A stretch of 64,000 nucleotides of DNA, from positions 36,456,001 to 36,520,000 of the forward strand of contig OZ024751.1 in the NCBI GenBank assembly GCA_964016885.1, in the 5' to 3' direction. Below are positions 30,601 to 42,930 of this stretch, piece by piece; position 1 is the first letter of the stretch, and every line of letters begins with the position of its first letter. Position numbers and translations under genes: made by a program. This DNA is from Eledone cirrhosa (Eukaryota). The notes under the pieces are model-generated. The model was not told where the DNA came from. It did no database searches and saw only the letters and a program-made list of their open reading frames with translations.

Positions 30601-31083
30601 GCTTTACCCGTTCGAGAAAGGCTCTACAGACACGGGCGCCCGGGTAGGGACCCCGCCAAAAAGATCTGTCCCAGATGCGTGTGCGACGAGGAAACCGTTG
30701 CACACGCATTAGTACACTGCTCGGGCGTAGCCGATCTGTGGGGCTATGTCGAACAACTGCTGTCAAGGGTGGGACCGATCCGGTTGACCACCGAGTCTAT
30801 TGTAATGATCAAGCCGCCTCCCCCCTTCAAAGATGAAGCAGAGGCGGTGTTTCTGTGCGTAATAGCCATGGCGAAAGAGGTTGTATGGTGGACGCGTCTG
30901 AAAGGACTGAGGTCGGGCACCTTTCTCTCTGGCCAACAACTGGTCCGTTTCTTCCGATATCATTTCGGAAGAAGGATCAGGATGGAGAGAGAGGTGCTGC
31001 ACCCCAGCCGTTTCTATGAAAGATGGGTGAAAGTGGCGAGAATGGCCCGTGTGAATGGGCCTTCACTCTACATCAGACTATAG
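27646..31083 (+). CDS. Tx1-type ORF2: APE endonuclease + reverse transcriptase + CCHC zinc-binding domain
   Basis: APE motifs LNARGL, ICEAR, AAYGP, GDWN, YLDRF, SDH; GPGYWKLN; RT motifs PGLDGL, NFRPITLLN, DQSKAFDRVDH, RQGCPLS, YADD; CPRC..H..HC. No stops or frameshifts; first ATG at 27646. Confidence 0.95.
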   Translation: MAMLRVGCLNARGLGSTWKQAMLLNDLRSQRIDVMVICEARISNVRQLAPTFDDFEMHASLCQPGGGGGVVVLLQKHLGLATQMVHLDPEGRLVVLDLGSGKGGAFRLVAAYGPFGSMRPDFFHRLETFLGTSRSLLLVGDWNGILDARWDYVGACPDREGCNSLKGLIGRFDLADRYRLDFPTAPTWTWANRSGSSRSYLDRFLVRIKDKDFLSCPKMRIVGYSDHKLVTCMVNLDRTHRQGPGYWKLNLSLPASRAYRNRISTLVKERLTGAIVNSRWWVSLKREIRVVSIEFSKVLAADRNRKERELIDRVEEAIRSGDVARVLASRTALSQFFDAKHEGCVVRSKIRALGNEGTKAVSWARVTEANSGTKSTIRSLRDLDGRAILEPKQMCEAFQRHFARLFGRGGEPVGNVDFGPYLDGLPRLSDREAKSCEEPISAAEIEDVLSQCGKRKSPGLDGLPYELYLAMPDLFPDLLEAVYCNWQQNGRIPCTVTKGVVTLVRKDENKGDEISNFRPITLLNTELQILAKVLAKRLALVVGNLVGDAQTCAIPSRSIHDNLHLMRYIIERVGNEPGFGGALINLDQSKAFDRVDHGYLDAVLAAAGFGPVFRGWITAMHSSRICSRVKVNGYLSEPFKIARSIRQGCPLSSLLYVLTLEPLLRKLELLQGIPLEPGLRKAVSAYADDVTVMVSTASEIEAVGTLLEEYEKFTGAKLNRDKSIGLQLGTWRGRPMPSDSVVGRWTEGPVKLLGVWFGPDLQVEKNWAEVTNRVFALTQKWASCKLSLKGRAEVANTYIASVIYYRLTVVPCPRETLTKMERALFQFLWKRRAPMVRRSICCQHPSKGGLGMPWLMMRKHALRLRHLYVFLTGQPVWASFVRRTFPRLVSLTELQSWVKQRPRKLGAWHTECAQALTALWQADPVISGDSTATFYRGLVRSRCDDALGEALDMEEDELASLFGRTFSPGPMDNFQKSLAWQCYRGALPVRERLYRHGRPGRDPAKKICPRCVCDEETVAHALVHCSGVADLWGYVEQLLSRVGPIRLTTESIVMIKPPPPFKDEAEAVFLCVIAMAKEVVWWTRLKGLRSGTFLSGQQLVRFFRYHFGRRIRMEREVLHPSRFYERWVKVARMARVNGPSLYIRL

Positions 31084-31360
31084 GTGAGGAAGATGAAAGA
31101 CCAAGGGAGCACCCCTTCTCTGTGCTCCTGAGGAGAAGGGTTGCACACTTTTTTCGGGGGTGTGTGCGACCCCCCAAGGCGCCTCCTCTCTATTGAGGAT
31201 TTTGTTAAAAATTTTATTTTTTGTTATATCTTATTTTATTTTTATATTTTGTTATTGCCTCCTCCTTATTGAGGACGCCTTTTTGTGTAAACTCCCCCCT
31301 TTGTACTTGTCCCACTTTTGATGCCCTAGTGGCAAATAAAAGAAATATATCTATCTATCT

Positions 31361-31546
31361 AAAATGCTTCTGGATCTGAGGGTTGTTCTATCTACGGGGT
31401 ATAAAACAGCCCATTTGTAACGCCTCCCCCCCCCCCTATTGGGGTTTTCGATTGTTGAATTTGTATGTTAAACTTTTTTTACACGACTGTATGTAAAATC
31501 CACGCCATATGTCTTTGTATTGTCCCCTTGTGGCAAATAAAGAAAT
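31361..31546 (+). mobile_element. Short 3'-UTR-only insertion of a related Tx1 subfamily
   Basis: Ends gtggcaaataaagaaata|tatctatct; shares cccctattgggg..tcga and tgtatgtaaa with the 41660-41895 UTR. Confidence 0.7.
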
Positions 31547-31627
31547 ATATCTATCTGTTTGTCTGTCTGTCCGTCTGTCTCTCTATCTATCTATCAACCT
31601 AACTATATATCTATTTATCTATCTATC

Positions 31628-31683
<56 letters not shown>

Positions 31684-31747
31684 TGTCTATCTGTCTTTCT
31701 TCCGAATCTATCCATCGAGGATTCTATTTATCTATGTCTGTCTGACT

Positions 31748-31956
31748 ACACTTTTTTCGGGGGTATGTGCGACCCCCCCAAGGCGCCTCCTCTCTATTGA
31801 GGATTTTGTTATATATTATATTTTATTCTGTTATATTTTATTTTATTTTTATCTTTTGTTATTGCCTCCTCCTTATTAAGGACGCCTTGTTTTGTAAACT
31901 CCCCCCCATTGTACTTGTCCCACTTTTGATGCCCTGGTGGCAAATAAAAGAAACAT
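31748..31956 (+). mobile_element. 3'-UTR-only copy of the Tx1 element
   Basis: Near-identical to 31145-31345; ends aataaaagaaaca|tatct; flanked by TATC/TGTC repeats. Confidence 0.85.
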
Positions 31957-32000
31957 ATCTATATATCTATCTCTTTATCTCTTTATCTATCTATCTATCT

Positions 32001-32172
32001 GGAATTTTTACGAAGTTTTATTTACAATAATTTATAACTTTACCGGTTTCACAAGTTTCATGATTTTCACATGTCTTCATCTCTGTTAACGTTTGAAAAT
32101 CACGAAAGTTGTGAAACCGGTAAAGTTCTGAATTATTGTAAAGACTCCAAATGCATGTTCAACATCTTTTTC
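32001..32172. mobile_element. Hairpin element related to family D
   Basis: Arms ~32021-32069 / 32094-32142; ttgaaaa..gaaaccggta motif; gactcca..tgcat tail as in family D. Confidence 0.6.
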
Positions 32173-32702
32173 ATATATATATATATATAAACGTGTACGA
32201 ATATACGTATATATGTATATATATATTTACATGTGTGTATGCATGTGTATATGTGCGTGCATACATGGGAGATTATAGATCCGTGGTTGTCTTTGTTTCC
32301 GTAATATTTATGATATTATATATTATTATATCGTTCAATAAGTATTTGTAACATTTCTTCTCGGTTTATTATAGACGACAGAGAGAAGGGTGGGAGGGGA
32401 TAGGGGAAAGAAGTGAAAGAGGTGGAAGGAGTGAGAGAGAGTGAGAGAGTGAGAGAGAGAGAGTAAGAGAGAGTGAGAGAGGGTGTGGTGGAGAGTGAGA
32501 CGAGAAAGGAAAGTCACTGATGGCTTATTTCTCTAGTTCTGACATACGGTTATATATATGTATATATATATATATATGTATGTATGTGTGTATGTTTGTA
32601 TATATGTATGTATGTTTGAACTGTATATATATATATATATATATATACGTATGTATATATGTATATATATATATATATGTATATATATAGGTATATATAT
32701 AC

Positions 32703-32740
<38 letters not shown>

Positions 32741-32763
32741 GCATATATATAGATATATATATG

Positions 32764-32807
<44 letters not shown>

Positions 32808-32851
32808 CATATATATTTATGTATATATATATATATATGTATGTATATATA

Positions 32852-33142
32852 TTTCTGAATTTGTTTAGCAAGATTCTTTATCTGAAATCGTGTGTTGAAA
32901 CCGATATTGTTATACTTTGGGAGGGTCATGTTGCCAATAAGAAACACACGCACCAGTTGCTTTCACTTCAATTTATTATATATTTATAAATTTATAAATT
33001 TACAAATTTACAAACTTATAAATTTCTGGTTGGTTGTAAATTTGTAAATTTATAAATTTATAAATATATAATAAATTGAAGTGAAAGCAACTGGTGCGTG
33101 TGTTTCTTATTGGCAACATGACCCTCCCAAAGTATAACAATA
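32852..33142. mobile_element. (TA)n-embedded hairpin element, family E
   Basis: ~110-bp arms (atattgttatactttgggagggtcatgttgccaataagaaacacacgcaccagttgc..) centred near 33020; relatives at 59401-59571 and 10840-10940. Confidence 0.8.
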
Positions 33143-33210
33143 TGTATATATATATATATACACATACGTAGGATATACAAAAACGTCACATTATCTTTCT
33201 CCTCTCTGAT

Positions 33211-33338
<128 letters not shown>

Positions 33339-33436
33339 TATATACATATATATATATTTCTTATATTTCATATATATATATATATAGATATATACAATAT
33401 ATTAACAAATGGAAACTATATTTATAAAACCATATT

Positions 33437-33502
33437 TATTTCATTATACATATTTCAAGGGCCACCAGAGCAAACTATGGTGCGCTTTCATCAGATAAAA
33501 TA
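33437..33502 (-). ncRNA. Type-I hammerhead ribozyme motif
   Basis: Minus strand: UAUUUUAU-CUGAUGA-AAGCGCACCAUAG-uuug-CUCUGGUGGCCCUU-GAAA-UAUGUA-UA-AUGAAAUA; stem I extended by atttataaaac/gttttataaat. Confidence 0.7.
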
Positions 33503-33654
33503 TAATATAGGTTAGTTTTATAAATAAATATTGACATACCCTTAAAAAATGCAACCATTCTGGTTGGAATCTCCTGGATAGTGGAGTTATTATATTTATT
33601 GTTGGTTTATTATGCAAATTAGTGTTGGAAAGGTTTAAATTTAAATTAAATACA

Positions 33655-33720
<66 letters not shown>

Positions 33721-33728
<8 letters not shown>

Positions 33729-34146
33729 AGATCAAAAGATGGTTAAAAGAGTTTCATGTATTTTATTATGCGCATTTCAAAAACAAATATCATCATGCAA
33801 TAACATTTGTGTTTTCATCAGATAAAATAGGAAAACATGATATGAAGGTTAAAAAATACTTGTGAATAGTGCAGTTTTAAATGAACATATCATATGTTGA
33901 TTTAAAACTGCACTATTCACAAGTGTTTTTTAACCTTCATATCATGTCTTCCTATTTTATCTGATGAAAACACAAATGTTATTGCATGATGATATTTGTT
34001 TTTGAAATGCGCATAATAAAATACATGGAACTCTTTTAACCATCTTTTGATCTTATATATTATGTATACTCCAGTCCTACAAACTGTAGAGTGCTTCTTA
34101 TCCGATATCTGCATTGCTGTATTACAATAAAACTCACCTTCTACAT
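33721..34146. mobile_element. Family B hairpin element, second copy; HHR at 33954-34022 (+) with mirror on minus strand
   Basis: ~170-bp arms centred near 33891; one-sided extension to ..ctcaccttctacat; TA on both sides. Confidence 0.85.
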
Positions 34147-34179
34147 ATATATATATATATATATATATATGATAATAAT

Positions 34180-34350
34180 AGGCTGCCCGTTGCAAATGGT
34201 GGGGCATGTGAAAAAGTAGGTCCTTCATCAGTGACCCTCCAACCGTCGCAGGCATTTCATCGCTTTAAGGGCCATATGCCTCAGGTTGGTGCGAACAACG
34301 GCTAAAAAAAGTCGTTGGGACACGTAAACAAAGGGGACGCCAGGGTAACA
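34180..34350 (+). repeat. Dispersed repeat family G (unclassified)
   Basis: Homologous to the reverse complement of 54755-54930 (gtccttcrtcagtga, tttcatcgc, cctcaggttggtgcga, ctaaaaaaagt..ttggga). Confidence 0.65.
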
Positions 34351-34494
34351 AACAAAAAAGTTTAAGCAACGGAAAGTGAGAGGAAATAGACAAGTCCCAG
34401 ATCTCTATGAATATATATATATATATATATATACATACACATAGAAAGTGTTACGTCACGTCTAATCCCCCACCATGTCCTCATTATCAGCATC

Positions 34495-34645
34495 ACCGTT
34501 CCCCCGCCACCACATACAGTCCATCAAGCCCCCCCCCCTTTCCTCCGCCACCACATATAGTCCATCAAGCCGTTCTTACCCCGCCGCCACATACAGTCCA
34601 TCAAGCCCCCCCCCCCTTCCTGCGCCACCACATACAGTCCAACAA
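34495..34645. repeat. ~40-45 bp tandem repeat, 4 copies
   Basis: Unit cgccaccacatacagtccatcaagcc... Confidence 0.75.
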
Positions 34646-34945
34646 ACCGTCAGTCATTCATTCATTACTCGGTGGGTTTTTTTTCTTCTCTTTATCTCTC
34701 TATGTAAAATCATCTTTTGTCATTAATGAGTTTGCTTTCCCAAAAGAATCAGCGACTAATCTGGTGTCTCTTACGTAGCGCAGGAACACTAAGTAGGGGA
34801 GAGGGGGAAGGACTCTTGAGTGAGAAGAATCACTCTCTAGAATTCTCTCTCTCTTTCTTTCTCGCTCTCTCTATATATGTGTGTGTGTGTGTGTATAATG
34901 TTTTTATATATAATTATGTATATACATATATATATATATATATGA

Positions 34946-34982
<37 letters not shown>

Positions 34983-35420
34983 TATATATATAGAGAGAGA
35001 GAGAGAAAGAGACATATATATATATATATGTATATATATATGTGTGTGTGCGTATGTGTGTGTATGTACGAATGTATGTACGTATGTATGTAGGTATGTA
35101 TAAATTAGTTTCTTTCTCTCACATTCTCCCTCTCTCTCTCTCCCTCTCTTTCTCTCTCTATCTATCCATCCATCTATCTCTCTATCTATCTATCCATCTA
35201 TCTCTCTCTCTATCTATCTATCTCTCTCTCTCTCTTTTACTCAGATCCAATAACAGTTTCCTTATTTGTCACACCACTGAAAGAAAGTTTGTTTTAAAAA
35301 AAAAAACAAAAAAAAAACACTCACAACGAACGTTGTTACTCATACACACAGACATACATATTCACATAGCCATACACAAATACACGCACAGAGATACGTG
35401 CACACACACTCACACATGGT

Positions 35421-35473
<53 letters not shown>

Positions 35474-35686
35474 ACGTTAGTGTGTATGCATCTGTGTATG
35501 TATGTATGTATATTTACAAACCTAAATTCTTTAACATTGTTATTCCCCTATAACAAAGTAACAAGCGTATATTCTAATCTACTCATCTATCATTGAATAT
35601 ATATATGTATATATATATGTATATATATATGTATATATATATGTATATATATGTATATATATATATATGTATTGAATATATATATG

Positions 35687-35782
<96 letters not shown>

Positions 35783-36266
35783 TATGTGTGCGTGTGGGTG
35801 TGTGGGTGTGTGTGCGTGTGTGTGCGTGTGTGTGTGTGTGTGTGCGTGTGTGTGTGTGTGTGTGTGATGAACAGAAAAATGCAAAAACAACAGAACGGAG
35901 AGTAAGATAATAATCAAACTTAATATAACGCTAAGGAAAAGTGAAAACAATATTTTAGACGTCTAGAGCAATGTCTTTCGTCGGTATATAGATGGAGGAG
36001 GTGAGGGAAAATAGAATGAAACGGAAGATTTCTACTTGTAAGGACCGTAGTTGTTTGTTATGGACTCTATAGCCTACCTCAAGTTGGATCATTCGAGGAA
36101 TCAAGGGAGAGTCTATGACAGGAATGGCGCCTCTGTCTGTTCTTGGCTGAAGAGGTACCTCAAACACTTAGCAAAATCATAGTACATGATACCAAATCCT
36201 TCTCAATCACGACAGACGGCCGTAAGTGTTGTTCTACAGCTACTATCTTTCTCTCTCTCTCCCTCC

Positions 36267-36310
<44 letters not shown>

Positions 36311-36457
36311 GTCTTTTAGTGTTAATTTGATTTCCAATGTTGCGTTCTCACCATTTCAAACCGTAAACTTCAAACATATGTATATACATACATGTATATA
36401 CATAAATACATACACACATATATGTGTATGCATAAATACATACATACATACATGTAT

Positions 36458-37110
36458 ATAGTACCAACGATATCATAGTACCAACGATACCATAGTACCA
36501 ACGATATCATAGAACCAACGATATCATAATACCAACGAAACCATAGTACCAACGATACCATAGTACCAACGATATCATAATACCAACGATATCATAATAC
36601 CAACGATATCATAGTACCAACGATACCATAGTACCAACGATATCATAGAACCAACGATATCATAATACCAACGAAACCATAGTACCAACGATACCATAGT
36701 ACCAACGATACCATAGTACCAACGATATCATAGAACCAACGATATCATAATACCAACGAAACCATAGTACCAACGATACCATAGTACCAACGATATCATA
36801 ATACCAACGATATCATAATACCAACGATATCATAGTACCAACGATACCATAGTACCAACGATATCATAGTACCAACGATATCATAATACCAACGATATCA
36901 TAATACCAACGATATCATAATACCAACGATATCATAGTACCAACGATACCATAGTACCAACGATATCATAGTACCAACGATATCATAGTACCAACGATAC
37001 CATAGTACCAACGATACCATAGTACCAACGATATCATAGTACCAAAGATATCATAGTACCAACGATATCATAGTACCAACGGTATTAGACCAACGATATC
37101 ATAATACCAA
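36458..37110. repeat. 17-bp minisatellite, about 38 copies
   Basis: Unit tagtaccaacgatatca with variants. Confidence 0.92.
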
Positions 37111-37480
37111 GTCATTCTCGATTGTTAGAGACAACCGAAATACTTTTTTTTTTTACTATTTTCTGTGCTTAAGATATGAAGCAATATAGCTGCTCCTCTG
37201 CCAATATTTGATTCTCACTCTTCGATCAAACCCCCACATATGTAACTGTTATGTATAGCAGATCTCAGACAGATAACACCTATTATAACTAGACAACTAA
37301 TTATAACTACCATCAGTAATATTGGAAACTAAATAACTGATTACTATCATGCAATTAATAATTAGTAGAAGTTCATTAAATAATTCAAGATTTTTTTTTT
37401 ACTTTACGTTCTCATGTGAAATGTAATGTGTACTGTATGAATCCATCGGTATTTATCATCATCAATATCATCATTATTAC

Positions 37481-37557
<77 letters not shown>

Positions 37558-37693
37558 ATTGTGTGGTGGTGGTAGTGGTAGTGGTAGTTCTCCGATAGTT
37601 TCATGCGACAGTTTCTCCTATATCATCACTAGGTGTACTACCACAATGTTCCTGATCCTGTGCAATATTGTGTGTGTGTGTGTGTGTGTGTAT

Positions 37694-37799
<106 letters not shown>

Positions 37800-37839
37800 C
37801 ATTGAATGTAGGCTTCAGTGTTTGTGGTGATGCAATTGA

Positions 37840-38085
37840 GGGATCACAGCTCCGATACTACGGAGGACATGTGATTGGAATGTCTCAGGAAAGAATCACT
37901 GGATAGATGTTACGGGCAAAACAAAGTGGCAGGAGACCCAGGGGTAGACCCTAAGCAAGATGGTTGGGTAACATCCATGAGCTTGGCTGGTCTCACTTGG
38001 GGGATCTAGCCGGATCAGCTGGAGACGGTTGCTTCTGACAGGACCCACTAGAGGGAGTGTTTGAGGACTCTGCCTTCCCCACGAT
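37840..38085 (+). mobile_element. Degraded RTE LINE 3' end
   Basis: SQLRYYGGHV..MSQERI..GRRPRGRP*ARWLGNI; homologous to 18060-18230. Confidence 0.65.
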
Positions 38086-38124
38086 CCAAGTGACTACACA
38101 GAAACTAAGCTATTCGCAACTTCT

Positions 38125-39610
38125 GACTACCACTACCACCACCACCATCACCTCCACCTCCACCACCTCCACCATCACCTCCACCACCACCACCATCACC
38201 TCCACCTCCACCACCTCCACCATCACCTCCACCACCTCCACCATCACCTCCACCACCTCCACCAGCACCACTGTACCGCCATCACCATCACAACCAACAC
38301 CACAACCACCAACACCACTAACGCCAATAGTACCACAACCAGCACCACCACCACCACCACCAGCACCAGCACCATCACCACCACCACCACCACCACCATC
38401 ATCATCACCAGCATCACCACCAACACCACCATCATCACCACCAACACCACCACCACCACCACCACCATCATCACCAGCATCATCACCACCACCATCACCA
38501 CATCACCACCAACACCACCATCACCACCACCACCACCACATCACCACCAACACCACCATCACCACCACCACCACCACATCACCACCAACACCACCATCAC
38601 CACCACCATCACCACATCACCACCAACACCACCATCACCACCACCACCACCACATCACCACCAACACCACCATCACCACCACCATCACCACATCACCACC
38701 AACACCACCATCACCACCACCATCACCACATCATCACCATCACCACCATCACCACCACCACCACCACATCACCACCAACACCACCATCACCACCACCACC
38801 ACCACATCACCACCAACACCACCATCACTACCACATCACCACCACCATCACTACCACATCACCATCACCACCACCATCACCACATTCATCATCACCACCA
38901 CCAACACCACCATCACCACCACCATCACCACCAACACCACCATCATCACCATCATCACCACCACTATCACCATCACCATCACCACCATCATCACCACCAA
39001 CACCACCACTATCACCATCACCACCATCATCACCATCATCACCACCACTATCACCATCACCATCACCACCATCATCACCATCATCACCACCACTATCACC
39101 ATCACCATCACCATCACCATCATCACCACCACCATCACCATCACCATCATCACCACCACTATCACCATCACCATCACCACCATCATCACCACCAACACCA
39201 CCACTATCACCATCACCACCATCATCACCATCATCACCACCACTATCACCATCACCATCACCACCATCATCACCATCATCACCACCACCATCACCACCAC
39301 CATCACCATCACCACCATCATCACCACCAACACCACCATCTACTGAATAAAGACAGTCGTCTTACCTTGATTGCCTTCTTACGTCATCAAAATGACAAAT
39401 TATAATCAACTGATTAGCACTCATTAACACCACCACCACCACCACCACCACCACCACCAGCACCACTGTTGTTGTCATTGTTTTAGTGTTGTTGTTGTTG
39501 TCATTGTGTTTAGTGTTATTGTTGTTGTTACTGCTGCTGCTGTTGTTGTTGCTGTTGTTATTGTTGCTGTAGTTGTTATTGTTGTTGTTGTTGTTGTTGT
39601 TGCTGCTGCT

Positions 39611-39641
<31 letters not shown>

Positions 39642-39685
39642 TTGCTGTCGCTGTTGTTGTTGGTTGTTGCTGTTGTTGTTGCTGT

Positions 39686-39720
<35 letters not shown>

Positions 39721-39840
39721 TTGATGCTGTTGTCGTTGATGTTGTCGTTGATGTTGTTGTTACAGTTGTTGTTGCTGTGAATATAGTTATTGATGACAAT
39801 GTTATCGATGCTACTGTTGTTGTTGTTGTTGTTGTCATCA
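38125..39840. repeat. Compound (ACC/ATC)n then (GTT/GCT)n repeats
   Basis: Direct reading. Confidence 0.9.
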
Positions 39841-40184
39841 ATGTAGCTGCAATCGATCATCCAGTAATCTCTGGTCTGTATAAAAAGGCCTGCTCTGATC
39901 AGTTCCAAATGGCTGAACAGATGACAGCCAAAGCTGACGTCTGATTGGTCAATTCCGTGTAGACAGATCAATTACAAACGCTCCAACTTTTTTCTCAATT
40001 GTACAATTTTCTTCTTTTCTTATTTTCTTTCATCTATTCACGTCTTTATATCGTTCTCTGTTGTCTTCTTGTCTTTCATTCATAATTGCTCTGTATCTCT
40101 CACATTATATCTATCTATCTATCTATCTACTTCACTATCGATCTATCTGTCTATCTATCTATATATCTATCTATTTATCTATCT

Positions 40185-41896
40185 CGACAGGGATGCCCTC
40201 TCTCCTCCCTTCTGTACGTACTGACTCTCGAGCCACTACTGCGGAAGTTGGAGCTATTGCAGGGCATCCCGCTGGAACTGGGACTGCGGAAAGCGGCGTC
40301 GGCCTACGCCGACGACGTGACAGTAATGGTGTCGAGCGCCTCGCAAATCGAGGAAGTCGGCACCTTACTGAAGGAATACAAAAGTGTCACAGGAGCGAAG
40401 CTGAACCGGGACAAGTCCATCGGTTTGCAACTCGGATCGTGGAGAGGCAAACCGATGCCTTCCGATGGCGTCGTCGGACGCTGGACGGAAGCACTGGTAA
40501 AGCTGCTCGGGGTCTGGTTTGGTCCGGACCTCCAGGTGGAGAAGAACTGGAACGAGGTGACGGCCAAGGTGTTTGCACTCACCCAGAAGTGGGCCGAGTG
40601 CAAACTATCCTTGAAAGGTCTAGAGGAGGTGGCGAACACTTTTATAGCGTCCGCCATCTACTACCGCTTGACCGTCGTGCCTTGTTCAGCCAAAACGCTC
40701 ACCAAAATGGAGCGCGCGCTCTTCCAATTCCTTTGGAAGAAGCGGGCTCCTTTGGTGAGAAGATCCATCTGCTGCCAACACCATTCCAACGGAGGGCTGG
40801 GGATGCCGTGGATGATGATGCGCAAACACGCGCTCAGGCTGCGGCATCTCTACGTATTCCTCACCGGACAACCGGTATGGGCCCCGTTCGTGTGGCGAGC
40901 TGCAGTCCTGGGTCAAGCAAAGACCGAGGAAAATGGGCGACTGGCACATCGAATGTGCTCAGGCGCTCACAGCCCTCTGGCAGGCGGACCCGGCGATCAG
41001 TGGAAACTCCACTTCGTCATTCTATAGGGGGTTGATCCGCAGCAAGTGCGACGACGCGCTCGGTGAAACTCTAAGCGTAGAGGAAGATGAACTGGCCAGT
41101 CTGTTCGGTAGGACCTTCCTCCCGGGACCGATGGACAACTTCCAAAAGTCCCTGGCCTGGCAGTGCTACCGAGGAGCTCTACCGGTTCAAGACAAGCTCT
41201 ACAGACATGGGCGCCCGGGAAGGGACCCTGCAAAAAAGATCTGTCCGAGGTGCGTGCAAGACGAAGAAACCGTCGCGCACACATTCATACACTGCCCGGG
41301 CGTCACCGACCTGTGGGGCTATGTAGAACGACTATTGTCGCGGGTGGGACCAATTCGGTTGACCACCGAGTCCATTGTCATGATCAAACCGCCACCCTCC
41401 TTCAAACACGAAGGAGAGGCGGTTTTCCTTTGTGTGATATCTATGGCGAAAGAGGTTGTATGGTGGACAAGGTTGAAAGGGCTGAGGTCAGACACCTTTC
41501 TCTCCGGCCTACAACTGATTCTTTTTTTCAAATACCAATTTGGAAGAAGAATCAGGATGGAGAGAGAGGTGCTGTACCCCAGCAAGTTTTATGAAAGGTG
41601 GGTGAAAGTGGCGAGAATGGCCCGAGTGAATGGGCCTTCTCTCTATATCAGCCTGTAGGTTGAGGAAAAGGAAGAGGAGAGGAAAGGAGTACAAACTCTT
41701 CGTACTCCTGGAGATGAGGGTTACACATTTTTTCGGGAGGATGTGTTACCCATATGAACTGTGTCCCCCTATTGGGGAAAATCGACTAATTTTTAAATTG
41801 CATTTGTGATAATATTTTACACGTTTTTATTGTATGTAAACTTCCCCGTTTGTATTTGTCCCCTTCTTTTGTGCCCCTGTGGCTAATAAAGAAACA
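40185..41896 (+). mobile_element. 5'-truncated, frameshifted Tx1 copy (diverged subfamily) in (TATC)n
   Basis: Begins at RQGCPLS right after tatctatct; YADD intact; 29-bp deletion at ~40897 with CGA microhomology splits the ORF; stop at 41658; AATAAA at 41885 then gaaaca|tatctatct. Confidence 0.92.
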
Positions 41897-42409
41897 TATC
41901 TATCTATCTGTCTGTCTATATATCCGTCTGTCTATGTATCTGTCTGTTTGTTTATCTGTCTCTCTTTCTATCTGTCTATCTATCTATCCATTCATCTATC
42001 TATCTATTATTCTATCTATATCTATATATCTGTCCGAAACATTGAACCCTCCTTCAATTCCTCTAAGCGTGCACCTAATATAACTGTGTACTTTTACATT
42101 CTATATATGTATATATACATATTTATTAAGGCAAAGTTTGAGTCATGTTACTGTGTAGTTTCGACTCACGGTGCCAACAGAATAATTAGCTAAAACGCCA
42201 AAATAACAAGATTGAAACCTGGCATTAATAAAGTAAATATTAACCTCAACTATTGTATTGAGTACTCATGTTCGTGACTATCAATATTACGTCCCTATAC
42301 GTGTGTATATAGAGGTTCGATCGACTTTCGTCAAATCGGACCGAAGAAACAATGTTTCCGTTGGTCTTTCCAGTTGCTAGTACTATCTATCGGTCGCAAC
42401 TCCAGGTAG

Positions 42410-42526
42410 AAGGAGCAACGTGAAATAAAGTGTCCTGCTCAAGGACATAACGCATCGCCCGGGAATCGAACTCACAACCTCAAGATTGTGAATCCAATTC
42501 TCTAACCACTCAGCCACACGCTTTCA
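42410..42526 (-). mobile_element. Type-2 SINE 5' portion
   Basis: Minus strand: gcgtgtggctgagtggttaga..gagttcgattccc..tgtccttgagcaggacactttatttcacg. Confidence 0.7.
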
Positions 42527-42782
42527 CATAAACGTGTGTATATATGTGTATATATCTATATCTATGTGTGTATATATATATATATATATATGTGAGGGGT
42601 GGGTGGGGGTGCATGTGTGTATATATGGGGGAGGGGTCTGTGTGTGCATATGAGGGGGGAGGAGGCTGCGTGGAGGTGTCTGTGTGTGCACGTGTACTAT
42701 ATGTCATCTGTATCTTGCTTGTACTCACGGTGAAAACATCAAACGATGCCAAGGTTTGGTCCATTATTAAATAATAATTATC

Positions 42783-42930
42783 AAGCATAGAGTTACGGCC
42801 GTTTACAGTCTGAGTTCAATTCCCGCCGAGGTTAACTTTGCCTTTCATCCTTACGGGGTCAATAAAATAAAGTACCAGTAATGCACTGAGTAATTGCTGG
42901 CTTTGTGCCAACAGTAGAAACAATTATTAT
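42783..42930 (+). mobile_element. Type-1 SINE
   Basis: gagttacggcc..ctgagttcaattcccgccgaggttaactttgcctttcatccttacggggtc..agtagaaacaattatt. Confidence 0.85.

Larger units (their letters stand above)
27440..31345 (+). mobile_element. Tx1/L1-clade non-LTR retrotransposon, truncated within ORF1, inserted in (TATC)n
   Basis: TATC tracts at both ends (~27357-27438 and 31346-31360); intact ORF2; 3' UTR with AATAAA at 31335. Confidence 0.93.

Noticed and set aside
28098-31002. Antisense and alternative-frame ORFs inside the LINE
   Set aside because: Shadow ORFs of a GC-rich coding sequence.
35955-36167. Possible minus-strand exon (FEVPLQPRTDRGAIPVIDSPLIPRMIQLE)
   Set aside because: Weak acceptor, no recognisable homology; not supportable from sequence alone.
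36458-37110. CRISPR-like appearance
   Set aside because: Contiguous tandem units with no unique spacers; eukaryotic context.
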